A stretch of 64,000 bases of DNA from contig JAJPHK010000054.1 in NCBI GenBank assembly GCA_021325315.1, positions 25,737 to 89,736 on the forward strand, given 5' to 3'. The DNA is from Alphaproteobacteria bacterium (GTDB lineage Bacteria > Pseudomonadota > Alphaproteobacteria > Rhizobiales > Xanthobacteraceae). Made by a program: the position numbers and the translations under genes. Below, piece by piece: positions 46,562 through 56,868 of this stretch; within the stretch, counting starts at the first letter, position 1; each line of letters begins with the position of its first letter. Under the pieces are notes generated by a model. The model was not told where the DNA came from and did not search any database. It saw only the letters and a program-made list of their open reading frames with translations.

Positions 46562-47868
46562 CAGCGAAGCCGCAACTGCACGAGATAGGGCTGAATGGCG
46601 TTCAAGGTCCGCTCCAATGCGCCGCCCATGCGCATGACCGTAGCATACGCGGATTCTTTCATACGCTCCACGAGCGCGGGATCGTCGAGCAACCGTTGCA
46701 GGCTGTTCGCGAGCGACTCCGCGTCGGTGACGGTCGCGGCGCCTCGCATGCGATTGAGCTCGCCATAGATCGCGGTGAAGTTCGAGACATAGGGCCCGTG
46801 CAAAATCGCGCTACCGATTTTGGCGGGCTCGATCGGATTTTGGCCGCCATGCTTCACCAGCGAGCCGCCCATGAACACGATCGGAGCGAGACGATAGAAC
46901 AGGCCCATCTCGCCGATCGTGTCGGCGATATAAATTTCCGTGCCGCGGTCCGGCAAGTATCCGTGCGAACGCAGTACCGCTGGCAGGCCGTACTGTTGGG
47001 CGACATCCGCCACCGCGCTGCCGCGTTGCGGGTGCCGCGGCACGATGATGGTGACAAGTCCGGGCGTCGTGCGCCGCAGGCGGCGGTGAGCCTCGATCAC
47101 TGCTTCTTCTTCGCCGCCATGGGTGCTGGCGGCGAGAATCACCGTGCGCCGGTGCAGGGACCGCTCGAGCGCAGCCAGCGATCGCGGCTCGGCTTCGGGG
47201 GGCGTCACGTCGAATTTGAGATTGCCGATGGTTGCGATTCGTTGCGCGCCGAGTTTCGCGAAACGCCGGGCGTCCTCGGGCTCTTGCACCAGAAGAAGGT
47301 CGATTCGCGATAACAGCGCGGACGCCGTTCGCTTCATCTTTTTCCAGCGCGCGAATGAGCGCTCCGAAAGCCGCCCGTTGATCAGCACGAGCGGCGTGCC
47401 GGCGTCCGAGGTCTGCAGGATCAGGTTCGGCCAAAGTTCCGATTCGGTGAGCAGCGCGAGGTCCGGCTGCCAGTGGTCGAGAAAACGCTTCATAAACTTC
47501 GGCGTATCGATCGGCAGGAACTGGTGCAGCACGCCTTCGGGCAACTTATTGCTGGCGATTTGCGCCGCAGTGACGGTGCCGGAGGTGAGGAGCACCGAAA
47601 ACCCATGTTTTCGGATTCGCCCGAGCAGCGGAAACACCGCGAGAATTTCGCCGACGCTTGCCCCATGTACCCAGACGAGCGGGCCGTCGGGGCGGGGAAG
47701 GCTCGCTATTCCGTGGCGCTCGCCGATCCGCTCGGGATCTTCCTTGCCGCGCTTCAGGCGGCGATTCAGCATGAAGCCGGTGAGCGGCCCCGCGATCCGC
47801 GTCGAGCCGCGGTAAAGGCGAAGCGAGAGCGGTGTGCGCGCTTTAGCCATGATCATGACCTTGGCCAT
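46561..47868 (-). CDS. waaA: 3-deoxy-D-manno-octulosonic acid (Kdo) transferase
   Basis: VWVHGASVGE N-terminal motif and a GT30-family body. Confidence 0.9.
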   Translation of the reverse strand: MAKVMIMAKARTPLSLRLYRGSTRIAGPLTGFMLNRRLKRGKEDPERIGERHGIASLPRPDGPLVWVHGASVGEILAVFPLLGRIRKHGFSVLLTSGTVTAAQIASNKLPEGVLHQFLPIDTPKFMKRFLDHWQPDLALLTESELWPNLILQTSDAGTPLVLINGRLSERSFARWKKMKRTASALLSRIDLLLVQEPEDARRFAKLGAQRIATIGNLKFDVTPPEAEPRSLAALERSLHRRTVILAASTHGGEEEAVIEAHRRLRRTTPGLVTIIVPRHPQRGSAVADVAQQYGLPAVLRSHGYLPDRGTEIYIADTIGEMGLFYRLAPIVFMGGSLVKHGGQNPIEPAKIGSAILHGPYVSNFTAIYGELNRMRGAATVTDAESLANSLQRLLDDPALVERMKESAYATVMRMGGALERTLNAIQPYLVQLRLR

Positions 47869-48568
47869 TCCTGCGGATAGCCGTGCGGCCCGCGAGTTCT
47901 TCCGCGCGGGCGGTCACCGCATTCAACCGCTCTTCTACAAGCTTACGCGCGGCTTCGAGCTCTTCCTCGCCGGCGTCGGCGGGAACGCGGATGGGCTCGC
48001 CTGCGACCGCGCCGCCCTTGCCGAATGGAAGATCGACGCTCGCCTTGTCCCAGCTCGGTGCCGTGATGCGGCGGTTCGTGGCGATCGCGATCGGATAAAT
48101 CGGCCGGCCCGAATAGCGCGCGAGCGTCACGACCCCGAGACCAGCGACGCGCGAGACTTTCGGCACGTCCGCCGTGAGCGCGACGTTAATGCCGTCGGCG
48201 AGGGCTTGAATCATCTCGCGCATGGCGCCGACGCCGTTCTTGCGGTGGAAATCCTTCGGATTGACCGAGCCGGAGCCGCGGATCGTTTCGACGCCAAGCG
48301 CTTCCGCCGCAATCGCGTTCACGTCCGCATCCGCATGCCGCGAGATCAGAACTTTCGCGCGGTGATGCGGCTTCATGATGAAAGGCGCGAGAAAATGCTG
48401 GCCGTGCCAGAAAGTGAGAATGACCGGCATCTCCGGCTCAGCGATCTCGTAGATATTTTCCGGCTCGATCGTAATCCTGAGTGTCTTGTGCACGCTCCAC
48501 AGATAGCCGGCCATGGTGCGGCCGAGCGCTTGCCGGACAAGCTTCGATTTGCGGACAGCTCTCCACAT
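47843..48568 (-). CDS. DUF374 / lysophospholipid acyltransferase-like protein
   Basis: Conserved position upstream of waaA-lpxK in Rhizobiales. The start was set at ATG 48568. Confidence 0.7.
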   Translation of the reverse strand: MWRAVRKSKLVRQALGRTMAGYLWSVHKTLRITIEPENIYEIAEPEMPVILTFWHGQHFLAPFIMKPHHRAKVLISRHADADVNAIAAEALGVETIRGSGSVNPKDFHRKNGVGAMREMIQALADGINVALTADVPKVSRVAGLGVVTLARYSGRPIYPIAIATNRRITAPSWDKASVDLPFGKGGAVAGEPIRVPADAGEEELEAARKLVEERLNAVTARAEELAGRTAIRRNGQGHDHG

Positions 48569-48579
48569 CGTGACGCCGC

Positions 48580-48837
48580 TCAGCCGTTTCGCGGGGCGGG
48601 TTCGGTTTCCGGGTCGAGCAGCCGGTGCAAATGAACGATGAAGTAGCGCATCAGGGCGTTGTCGACGGTCTGTTGCGCTTTCGCCTTCCATGCGGCGTAA
48701 GCGCTCGCATAGTTCGGATAGACCCCGACAAGATCGACCTTGTCGAGATCGCGGAATTCGGTCGAGCCCATCTCGGTGAGTTCGCCACCGATGACAAGAT
48801 GCAAGAGCTGTTTAGGTTTTTTTGACGGTTCGCTCAT
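48580..48837 (-). CDS. DUF4170-like small protein
   Basis: LHLVIGGEL...DLVGVYPNYASAYAAWKAKAQQTVDNALMRYFIVHLHRLLDP. Confidence 0.65.
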   Translation of the reverse strand: MSEPSKKPKQLLHLVIGGELTEMGSTEFRDLDKVDLVGVYPNYASAYAAWKAKAQQTVDNALMRYFIVHLHRLLDPETEPAPRNG

Positions 48838-49070
48838 CGTTCGGCGTCCCCTTCGCCGATAGAGTGGCTTCTAGGCACTCGTCGGTGGGTAGGCAAGAGT
48901 TAACAGATATCGGCTTGTGCCGCTTATTTCAGCGCCGCAACGTTTCGGCAAGCATCCTTCGAAGAACAGCCGTGGCACGAAAGATTAACCAGCTCCTTTA
49001 AGCCGTTTATGAAAATTCACTGACATTCTTCTTCGCAACACGGGCAAAAAAAAGCCCGCAGGGGGAAGAA

Positions 49071-49649
49071 TTGAGGCGTCAAAACAAGGCCGGCGGGGTC
49101 ACCTCGGCCGGGTCGGGCCGCGCGTTGCGGCTCGACCCCCACAGGTTGCCTGTTCGCTACACCGCGGCTGACGAGCTTGCCGACGGCCGCGCGCGCGTAA
49201 TCGAGATCGATCGCGAACAGGTTCTGTTGCATCGTTCGGTGAACGGCGTGCGGATGCGTTTCCGGATTCCGATGGAAGTGTTCCGCGGCGTCGCGGTGCG
49301 GGTGCTGGACGGGAACGATTCCGAAGTCGCGATCACGCTCGAACATCCGGACCCGGCGCTCACCGTGGCGTTGCATCGCGCCGAAGGCATCGAGGACTCC
49401 GCCGCCGAATGGCAGTCCTGGGGCCGCGTGCTCGGTCTTCCGCTCCTGATCGAGGACGTCGACGGCACGTTGCGCAGCCCTGTCGAGATGATCGGTGCAC
49501 TGATGACGGGTGAAGTCGCACTGCGCCGCCGCAGGAAAACGCCGCTCCGGAAGCGCCGGCCTTATTTCCTCGCGCGTCGCCGCGGCTTCGGCCCGGGCAT
49601 TGCGCCCGCGGTTCATCGCGGAGAACGCGAGATCATTGCGCCGGAATAA
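49071..49649 (+). CDS. Conserved hypothetical protein (DUF6101-like; family name from memory)
   Basis: Intact ORF with a TTG start. Coding-like composition. Confidence 0.5.
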   Translation: MRRQNKAGGVTSAGSGRALRLDPHRLPVRYTAADELADGRARVIEIDREQVLLHRSVNGVRMRFRIPMEVFRGVAVRVLDGNDSEVAITLEHPDPALTVALHRAEGIEDSAAEWQSWGRVLGLPLLIEDVDGTLRSPVEMIGALMTGEVALRRRRKTPLRKRRPYFLARRRGFGPGIAPAVHRGEREIIAPE

Positions 49650-50592
49650 GATAGACTTTCGCGAAAGCGTCGCACGCAAGCGTCGCGAATAGAATCAGGC
49701 CCGCATCCCGGTTTGACCGGAAGATGCGCAGGCATAGCGCCGGATCGTCGATGTCGAGCGATTTTACCTGCCAGGCAAGATGCAATGCGAAGGCGGCTAC
49801 GCCGGCCGCAAAGATGATTCCGCCGCCCGCGAAGTAGCCGGCAAGCGCGATCAAAACGATGGTCATCGTATAAAAGGCGGCAAGGGCAGGCTTCGTGTTC
49901 TCCCCGAAGAAGAGCGCCGTAGAGCCGACGCCAATCAAAGCATCATCCTCCCGGTCTTGATGGGCGTAGATCGTGTCATAGCCGATCACCCAAAAAAACG
50001 ATCCGGCATAAAGAAGAAGTGCGGGCGAATCGAGCCGCCCGAACACCGCCGCCCACCCCATCAACGCGCCCCAGGAAAAAGCGAGCCCAAGCACGGCTTG
50101 CGGGAAATTCGTGACGCGCTTGGCGAGCGGATAGAGTGCGACAACGAAAAGCGAGGCAATGCCGGTAAAAATTGCGAATCGATTAAGCTGCAACAGCACC
50201 GCCAATCCGATCAGCGAAAGCAGCACCAGGAAAACAAACGCCTTCTTCGCAGTGACCTGTCCCGACGGAATCGGCCGCGAGCGCGTGCGCTCTACGCTTG
50301 CGTCAAGATCGCGATCCAGAATGTCGTTCCAGGTGCAGCCCGCGCCGCGCATGGCGACGGCGCCGATTGCGAACAGGATCAGGAGCTTCAAATCCGGCCA
50401 TGGCGCGCCCGCGGCGATCACCGCCAGCGCCGTCGACCACCAGCAGGGAAGAAGCAGGAGCCAGGATCCGATCGGCCGGTCGGCACGCGCGAGGCGGAGA
50501 TAAGGCTGTGTCCAGGATGGCGCCCGGCGATCGACCCAGTTTCCGGTCGAGTCGGCGACCGGACGGAGGCTTGTCCGTCCGGCTTCGCTCAT
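49633..50592 (-). CDS. ubiA: 4-hydroxybenzoate polyprenyltransferase
   Basis: UbiA prenyltransferase motifs (GCTWNDILDRDLD; YAHQDREDD) and multiple TM segments. The start was set at ATG 50592. Confidence 0.9.
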   Translation of the reverse strand: MSEAGRTSLRPVADSTGNWVDRRAPSWTQPYLRLARADRPIGSWLLLLPCWWSTALAVIAAGAPWPDLKLLILFAIGAVAMRGAGCTWNDILDRDLDASVERTRSRPIPSGQVTAKKAFVFLVLLSLIGLAVLLQLNRFAIFTGIASLFVVALYPLAKRVTNFPQAVLGLAFSWGALMGWAAVFGRLDSPALLLYAGSFFWVIGYDTIYAHQDREDDALIGVGSTALFFGENTKPALAAFYTMTIVLIALAGYFAGGGIIFAAGVAAFALHLAWQVKSLDIDDPALCLRIFRSNRDAGLILFATLACDAFAKVYLIPAQ

Positions 50593-51092
50593 TGTCCGAG
50601 CACGTTGCCGTGCAACGTATCGAACACAGCGCTCGGCTTCTCGTCGCCTCTGTTGCCGCCGACGGTGTTCACGCCAAGGGCCTCGCTTAAGCCCGCGCTC
50701 GGCCCGCGTACGGGGCCTCCGCCGTTCGCGGCCGCCTGGCAAACCTTCGCGCTCATCTGCGATGACTTGGCGTGAGCCTCGCCAAGCTGTTTGAGGAAAT
50801 TATCGGGCACGCCGCACTGGACCTTGGCGCTGGTCAGGAATTTCAAGAGCTTGTTTTCGATGGAGACGTAATTTTTCAACAGGCCGCAGGCGGTCTTGAC
50901 GTCGGCTTTTCGTTTGTTCGCTGCTTGCAGCGCCTTGCCGGCCTTGTCGCGTTCCGTCATCAGGCCATTCACCGTGCCCTGGCAGTCGATGCCGCCGCCG
51001 CCAAAGGTGCCGAAGCCCTGCGCCGCGACATTGGACGCGGCGAAAGCCAGCATCGAAACTCCCGCGGCGGTGGACACCCAGAAAGAACGCAT
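50589..51092 (-). CDS. Hypothetical secreted protein
   Basis: Signal peptide (MRSFWVSTAAGVSMLAFAASNVAAQ) and four Cys. It overlaps the ubiA start by 4 nt. Confidence 0.55.
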   Translation of the reverse strand: MRSFWVSTAAGVSMLAFAASNVAAQGFGTFGGGGIDCQGTVNGLMTERDKAGKALQAANKRKADVKTACGLLKNYVSIENKLLKFLTSAKVQCGVPDNFLKQLGEAHAKSSQMSAKVCQAAANGGGPVRGPSAGLSEALGVNTVGGNRGDEKPSAVFDTLHGNVLGQ

Positions 51093-51182
51093 CGTCAAGC
51101 TCCGGCAAGCGCTATAGACGTAACCAGACAACGCTATTTAGGGCAAGATCGGGGCGGTTAACCTCCGGGGAACATTAACTTT

Positions 51183-51923
51183 ATGGCGCGTTACGACTTT
51201 CGAACGCCGCGGCTCCATATTTCCGCCGATCTCGCGGCCGGCGCGACAGTGATTCCGGGCGAATCGGCCGTTCACTATCTTCGCCATGTGCTCCGGCTGG
51301 AGGCGGGCGCGAAGATTCTTGTCTTTAACGGCCGCGACGGCGAATGGGAGGCGCGCCTTGCGCTTCCTTCCAAACGGGATGTGAAGCTCGAGATTCTCGC
51401 GCAAACGCGGCCGCAGCCTTCGGCAAGCCCGCTGCATTACGCCTTCGCGCCGGTGAAACAGGCGCGCTTCGACTTCATCGTGCAAAAGGCCGTGGAAATG
51501 GGCGCGGGCCGGCTCACGCCGGTCACCACGCAACACACGCAGGTGACGCGCGTAAATATGGAGCGTATGCGCGCCAATGTGATCGAGGCGGCGGAGCAGT
51601 GCGGGATTCTTGCTGTGCCGGAGATCGAGGAGGTGCTGTCCTTCCCCGAGTGGCTGGCTGCGATTCCGTCCGAGCGCGTTGTGGTGTTCTGCGACGAGGA
51701 CGCGGAAAGGGCCGATCCATTGCGCGCGTTGGCTGCGGCACCCGAAGGGCCGGTCACGCTGATCGTCGGTCCGGAAGGCGGATTCCACGCGAAAGAGCGC
51801 GAAGCGCTTCTCGCCCATGACCGCGTCGTCCGGCTTTCGCTCGGTCCCCGCATCTTGCGGGCCGATACGGCGGCAGTGGCGGCGCTCGCGATTTTACAGG
51901 CGGTGCGCGGGGACTGGCGCTAG
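51183..51923 (+). CDS. rsmE: 16S rRNA (uracil1498-N3)-methyltransferase
   Basis: SPOUT-fold C-terminus (LIVGPEGGF...[16 protein letters not shown]). Confidence 0.9.
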   Translation: MARYDFRTPRLHISADLAAGATVIPGESAVHYLRHVLRLEAGAKILVFNGRDGEWEARLALPSKRDVKLEILAQTRPQPSASPLHYAFAPVKQARFDFIVQKAVEMGAGRLTPVTTQHTQVTRVNMERMRANVIEAAEQCGILAVPEIEEVLSFPEWLAAIPSERVVVFCDEDAERADPLRALAAAPEGPVTLIVGPEGGFHAKEREALLAHDRVVRLSLGPRILRADTAAVAALAILQAVRGDWR

Positions 51924-52119
51924 AGCGGATTCGTCCGGCTGCAGCCGGCAGATATCGCAACTGCGAGATGTCCCCGATTTCCCCCGGAACCAAATTTTTC
52001 CTTGCGCGTTGAAAAGCGCTCACGCCTCATTTTGGTCCGTATGGGCGCAGGAGATCGGGGGACCAACCGCCACAACTGATTCGCTTTTTGCCGTCGTTTG
52101 CGCGTGCAGGGAGGTTTCC

Positions 52120-53244
52120 ATGACCGAAAAGAATTACAGCTTCGGGGTGGAGGAGGAGTATTTCATCGTCGACGGCGACACCAAGGCCTTGCGCAAGAAG
52201 GCCGCGCCCGCGTTTCTTTCCGACCTGAAGCGCAAGGTCGGCTCGGTGATGAACCGCGAGATGCTGCAATCGCAACTCGAGATCTCGACCAAGCCCGCCT
52301 ATACGATGGAAGAAATCCACGACGAATTGAAAAACCTGCGCCAGACGATCGGCGTGGTGGCGGCGGATCACGGCCTTTCCTATTTCGCCGCGAGCACCCA
52401 TCCGACGGCCGGCTGGTCGGGCGGCCAGCCCACGCAGAAAATCCGTTACGACGGCATGATGCAGGACCTGCAGATGCTCGGCGAGCGCAATTTGCTTTGC
52501 GGCATGCACGTGCACGTGGCTCTTCCTGACGTCGATCGCCGGGTCGACGTCATGCGCCGGATTATCCCGTACATTCCTCTCTTCATTGCGCTTTCGACTT
52601 CGTCGCCGTTCTGGCGCTCGCGCGCGACGGGCCTCATGGGCTACCGGCTTGCCGCCTACGACGAGCTGCCGCGCACCGGCATTCCCGAGCTGTTCGAAAG
52701 TAACGAAGACTATGAGGCGTATATCAATGCGCTGATCGAAACGCGCGTCATCCAGGATTCGAGTTATATCTGGTGGACGATCCGCCCGTCGAATGCGAAT
52801 CCCACGCTGGAATTGCGCGCACCCGACGTTTGCACCCGCGTGGAGGATGCCGTCGGCCTCGCGGCGCTCTATCGCGCGCTTGCGCGGCATCTCTACAATC
52901 ATCCGGAGCTGAACAAGAATATCTGTTCGGTCGACCGCGCGATCGCAGTCGAGAACAAGTGGCGCGCGCAGCGCTACGGCATCCACGGCAGCTTCGTCGA
53001 CCGCGGGGAGGGGCGAGCGGTGCCAATTTCGGAAGAGCTTGATCGTGTGATCAAGCTGATCGAAGAGGACATTGGCGAGCTGAACTGCGGGCACGAAATC
53101 GAAAACGTCCGCAAAATTCTGTCCACCGGCACCAGCGCCGACATGCAGATCGCCGTTTTCCGCGAGGCCGAACAGCGCACCGGCAGCCGCAACAAGGCTT
53201 TTGGCGCTGTCAAGACATGGCTCGCGGAAGCAACCCTGCAATGA
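52120..53244 (+). CDS. Carboxylate-amine ligase, YbdK/GCS2 family
   Basis: [12 protein letters not shown] and GMHVHV motifs. The start was set at ATG 52120. Confidence 0.85.
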   Translation: MTEKNYSFGVEEEYFIVDGDTKALRKKAAPAFLSDLKRKVGSVMNREMLQSQLEISTKPAYTMEEIHDELKNLRQTIGVVAADHGLSYFAASTHPTAGWSGGQPTQKIRYDGMMQDLQMLGERNLLCGMHVHVALPDVDRRVDVMRRIIPYIPLFIALSTSSPFWRSRATGLMGYRLAAYDELPRTGIPELFESNEDYEAYINALIETRVIQDSSYIWWTIRPSNANPTLELRAPDVCTRVEDAVGLAALYRALARHLYNHPELNKNICSVDRAIAVENKWRAQRYGIHGSFVDRGEGRAVPISEELDRVIKLIEEDIGELNCGHEIENVRKILSTGTSADMQIAVFREAEQRTGSRNKAFGAVKTWLAEATLQ

Positions 53245-53328
53245 ATTTTTAGACGGCGGCCGTTGTAGCCGGGGCGCGGGGCCTCGTATATCGTCCCGCA
53301 ACTTTACCCTGCCCCGGCAGACCGCTGT

Positions 53329-54699
53329 ATGGCTCGTGATCAGATCGACATGACTCCCATCGAGTCGCGCAACGAACTCGTTGCGTGGCTCGAAGCCGGC
53401 TGCAAGCGGCCCTCCGAATTCCGGGTCGGCACCGAGCACGAAAAACTCCCCTTCATGCTGCGCGACCATAAGCCCGTGCCTTACGACTGCACGCGCGGGA
53501 TTTGCACGATCCTCTATGGCATGCGCGATCTTCTCGGCTGGGAGCCGATCATGGAAGGCGAGACCATCATTGGGCTTGCGGACGTGACCGGCGGCGGCGC
53601 GATCTCGCTCGAGCCCGGCGGTCAATTCGAGCTCTCCGGCGCGCCGCTCGAAAACCTGCACCAGACTTCGCGAGAGCTGCATGCGCATCTCGCGCAGTTG
53701 CGCGAAGTCTCTCAGCCGCTCGGCATTGGCTTCGCCGCGGTCGGCATGAGCCCGGCCTGGACGCGTGCCGAGACGCCGGCGATGCCGAAGGGCCGCTACA
53801 AAATCATGGCCGCCTATATGCCGAAGGTCGGCAAGCTCGGTCTCGACATGATGTTCCGCACCTGCACGGTGCAGGCGAATCTCGATTTCTCGTCGGAAAC
53901 AGATATGGTGAAAAAGTTGCGCGTCGGAATTGCCTGGCAGCCGATCGCAACGGCGATGTTCGCGAACTCGCCCTTCACGGACGGCAAACCGAACGGCTAT
54001 CTGTCCTACCGCGCGCATATCTGGAGCGACACCGACCCGGACCGCACGGGCACGCTGCCCTTCGCGTTCGATCCCGGCATGGGCTTCGAACGCTATGTCG
54101 ATTATCTGCTCGATGTGCCGATGTATTTTGTGAAGCGCGGCTCGACTTACATCGATGTTTCCGGAAGTTCGTTCCGCGACTTGCTTGACGGCAAGCACCC
54201 GAAGCTTCCGGGCGAGCGCGCAACGATCTCCGACTGGGCCAATCACGCAAGCACCGCTTTCCCGGAGGTGCGCCTCGAGCGCTATCTCGAAATGCGCGGC
54301 GCCGATAACGGCCCGATGAAAATGATTTGCGCGCTTCCCGCCCTTTGGGTGGGGCTTCTGTATTGCCAGCCCGCGCTCGATGAAGCGTGGGACGAGGTGA
54401 AGGACTGGACGGCGGAAGAGCGCGAACAATTGCGCGCGGACACGGCGAGATTCGGCCTGAACGCCAAGATCCGCGGCCGCCGCGTGCAGGACATCGCGCG
54501 CAATATGTTGAAGCTCGCGCGCGCGGGGCTCACGCAACGCATGCAGCTCGACTTCATGAACCGGGACGAGGCGCGTTATCTCGATCCGCTCGAGGAAATC
54601 GTCGAGCGAAACGAGACGCAGGCGGAAGCGCTGCTGAAGCTCTATAATGGCCCCTGGAAGAAATCGGTCGATCCGATTTTCGATTTGCTGGCGTACTGA
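53329..54699 (+). CDS. gshA: Glutamate--cysteine ligase (plant/alphaproteobacterial type)
   Basis: 456 aa with RVGTEHEKLPF, LEPGGQFELSGAP and a C-terminal region typical of the GSH1-type enzyme. Confidence 0.88.
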   Translation: MARDQIDMTPIESRNELVAWLEAGCKRPSEFRVGTEHEKLPFMLRDHKPVPYDCTRGICTILYGMRDLLGWEPIMEGETIIGLADVTGGGAISLEPGGQFELSGAPLENLHQTSRELHAHLAQLREVSQPLGIGFAAVGMSPAWTRAETPAMPKGRYKIMAAYMPKVGKLGLDMMFRTCTVQANLDFSSETDMVKKLRVGIAWQPIATAMFANSPFTDGKPNGYLSYRAHIWSDTDPDRTGTLPFAFDPGMGFERYVDYLLDVPMYFVKRGSTYIDVSGSSFRDLLDGKHPKLPGERATISDWANHASTAFPEVRLERYLEMRGADNGPMKMICALPALWVGLLYCQPALDEAWDEVKDWTAEEREQLRADTARFGLNAKIRGRRVQDIARNMLKLARAGLTQRMQLDFMNRDEARYLDPLEEIVERNETQAEALLKLYNGPWKKSVDPIFDLLAY

Positions 54700-54748
54700 C
54701 GCCTCTACAGGAAATCGAGCAAGCTCGCACCGCCGGGCCGGTTATTTC

Positions 54749-54883
54749 GTGCTTCTCGCCCCACTCGCGCAGCTCTTTGATCACCGGGCGGAGCTCGCGG
54801 CCCTTTTCGGTCAGCACATATTCCGCGCGCGGCGGATGCTCTTCATAGAAGCGCTGCGCGACGATGCCGATCGCGCTTTCGGT
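54749..54883 (-). pseudogene. Remnant of an HxlR-family transcriptional regulator (C-terminal wing only)
   Basis: My translation gives TESAIGIVAQRFYEEHPPRAEYVLTEKGRELRPVIKELREWGEKH, preceded by an in-frame TAA. The N-terminal HTH half is absent, and the reading frame then runs on into the gshA 3' end. Confidence 0.55.
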
Positions 54884-54916
54884 TTATCTGCGGCCCTGGA
54901 AAGGGGGCGACGCGCT

Positions 54917-56782
54917 TCACGACTGAGCTTTTGCCTTTTCCTCGCGCTCTTCTTTTTCAATCACGTCCTTCGCCTCCGGATTGAGCGCTTGCGACTCGCG
55001 CTTCTTGCCGGTGAAGGGCTCTGGCTTCGGCTTGATGCGGTGCATCTTGTCGACGCCCGCATAGATGCCGCCGGCCTGCTGCAGCGCGAGCCGTTCGCGG
55101 TCGCGGGTGCGGACATCGTCGACGATGTCGTCGATCGTTTCGTCGTTCGCACCAAGCTCGGCGAGCGTCGCACGGCCGAATTCGATCGCGGATTCGAAGG
55201 TTTCGCGAATCTCGTAGTCCACGTTCTTCGACAAGAGCGCGAGCGTGCTCGCGCGGTCGAACGAGCGGACATAAAGCTTCGTGCCCGGGAAGTTCGCCTG
55301 AATGACATCGACGATACGCTCGGTATTCTCCGCGCCGTCGGTGCAGACCGCGATCAGGCGCGCCTTATCGGCATGCGCCGCGCGCAAGACGTCGAGCCTC
55401 GCCCCGTCGCCGTAGTAAATCTTGAAGCCGAAGCGCGCGACCGCCTGCACCATCTCGGCGTCGTTGTCGATCACGGTCACGTCGACTTCCTGCGCGAGCA
55501 GGCATTGCGAGACGATCTGGCCGAAGCGGCCGAAGCCGATGATCAGCACCGAGCCGCGCGTTTGCTCGAGCCCCTCGATCTCGTATTCCGGCTCTTCGCC
55601 GTCGCGTTTTCTCGATCGCAGCCACTCCACGAGCGTCGCAAAAGGCGGACCTATCAGCATCGTGAGGCCGGCGAGCGCGACCACGAGGCTCGCCTGTTTC
55701 GTCGTGAGCACCACGATCGAAAGCCCGAGCGGGATCAGCACGAACGCGAATTCGCCCGCGGGGGTGAGCACGGCGCCGACACGCCACGCGTCGGCGCGTA
55801 GCTCTCTTTTAATCTGCGAGATCAGCCAAATGATGCCGGCCTTGAGCAATGTCACGATGACAGCGCCGGCGAACAGGATCAGCATGTTGTCTTGCACGAC
55901 GGCGACGTCGATCGACATGCCGACGCCCATGAAAAAGATCGCAAGCAGCAGGCCGCGGAACGGCTCGATATCGGCTTCCAGCTCGTGCCGGTAGCTCGAC
56001 TCGGCGAGCACGAGGCCTGCGAGAAACGCGCCGAGGCCCATCGACATGCCCGCTTGCTGCACGGCGAGTCCCGTACCGATCACGACAAGAAGCGCCGCCG
56101 CCGTCATCACCTCGCGCGCATTGGCGCGGGCGAGGATCTGGAAAAAGGGATTAATCAGATAGCGCCCGGCGAGAAAAACGATCGCGATCGTGGCCGTGAC
56201 CATCGCGGCCTTCTCGACGCCGCCCCAGAAACCGCCGCCGTCGTTCACCTGCCAGGGCGAGAGCAGCGGGATCAGCGCGAGTATCGGCACCACCGTGATG
56301 TCCTGGAACAAAAGGATCGCGAAGGCGCGCTGACCGTAGGGCGTCTGCAGGTCGCCGCGCTCGTCCAGGATTTGCAGCGCGATCGAGGTCGCCGACATCG
56401 CGAGCGCGATACTCGCAACGAGCGCGCCTGCGAAGCCGAGGCCGAGCGCGTAGATCGCAAGCGGCCACAGGACGAGTGTCGTGATCGATAACTGCAATGC
56501 GCCGCCGATGAAGATCGCCCGCCGCATCGCCTTCAGCCGGCTCAGTTTTAATTCGAGGCCGATCAGGAAGAGCAGCATCACCACGCCAAGTTCGGCAATG
56601 CTCAGGATCGTCTGGGGGTCGCGAAAAAATCCGAAGCCGAACGGGCCGATCACAACACCGGCGGCGAGATAGCCCACCACCGCCGAAAGCCCGAACCGGC
56701 GCGCAAGCGGTGCTGCCGCGACCGTCGCACAGAGCAAAACAAGAAGTGGGAGGAGAAGGCCGTATTCGGCGCCATGCTGCAT
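54917..56782 (-). CDS. Glutathione-regulated K+ efflux / CPA2 cation:proton antiporter (KefB/KefC type) with a C-terminal RCK/TrkA-N domain
   Basis: Na_H exchanger TM body plus VLIIGFGRFGQIV Rossmann motif. Confidence 0.88.
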   Translation of the reverse strand: MQHGAEYGLLLPLLVLLCATVAAAPLARRFGLSAVVGYLAAGVVIGPFGFGFFRDPQTILSIAELGVVMLLFLIGLELKLSRLKAMRRAIFIGGALQLSITTLVLWPLAIYALGLGFAGALVASIALAMSATSIALQILDERGDLQTPYGQRAFAILLFQDITVVPILALIPLLSPWQVNDGGGFWGGVEKAAMVTATIAIVFLAGRYLINPFFQILARANAREVMTAAALLVVIGTGLAVQQAGMSMGLGAFLAGLVLAESSYRHELEADIEPFRGLLLAIFFMGVGMSIDVAVVQDNMLILFAGAVIVTLLKAGIIWLISQIKRELRADAWRVGAVLTPAGEFAFVLIPLGLSIVVLTTKQASLVVALAGLTMLIGPPFATLVEWLRSRKRDGEEPEYEIEGLEQTRGSVLIIGFGRFGQIVSQCLLAQEVDVTVIDNDAEMVQAVARFGFKIYYGDGARLDVLRAAHADKARLIAVCTDGAENTERIVDVIQANFPGTKLYVRSFDRASTLALLSKNVDYEIRETFESAIEFGRATLAELGANDETIDDIVDDVRTRDRERLALQQAGGIYAGVDKMHRIKPKPEPFTGKKRESQALNPEAKDVIEKEEREEKAKAQS

Positions 56783-56868
56783 TTCGGCGGACCTAACTGA
56801 TTTTCTTGCGCGGCTTTATCACGGAATCGGAATTTTCCGTGCTGATTTATCGGGCGAACCGCGTGGGC

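Noticed and set aside
52027-54537. An 836-aa ORF on the minus strand spanning the ybdK-like gene, the intergenic gap and gshA
   Set aside because: It lies entirely antisense to two genes with clear family signatures. It is extremely rich in Arg, Ala, Gly, His and Asp, with no recognisable motifs. This is typical of GC-driven shadow ORFs, the kind sometimes mis-annotated as NAD-specific glutamate dehydrogenase.
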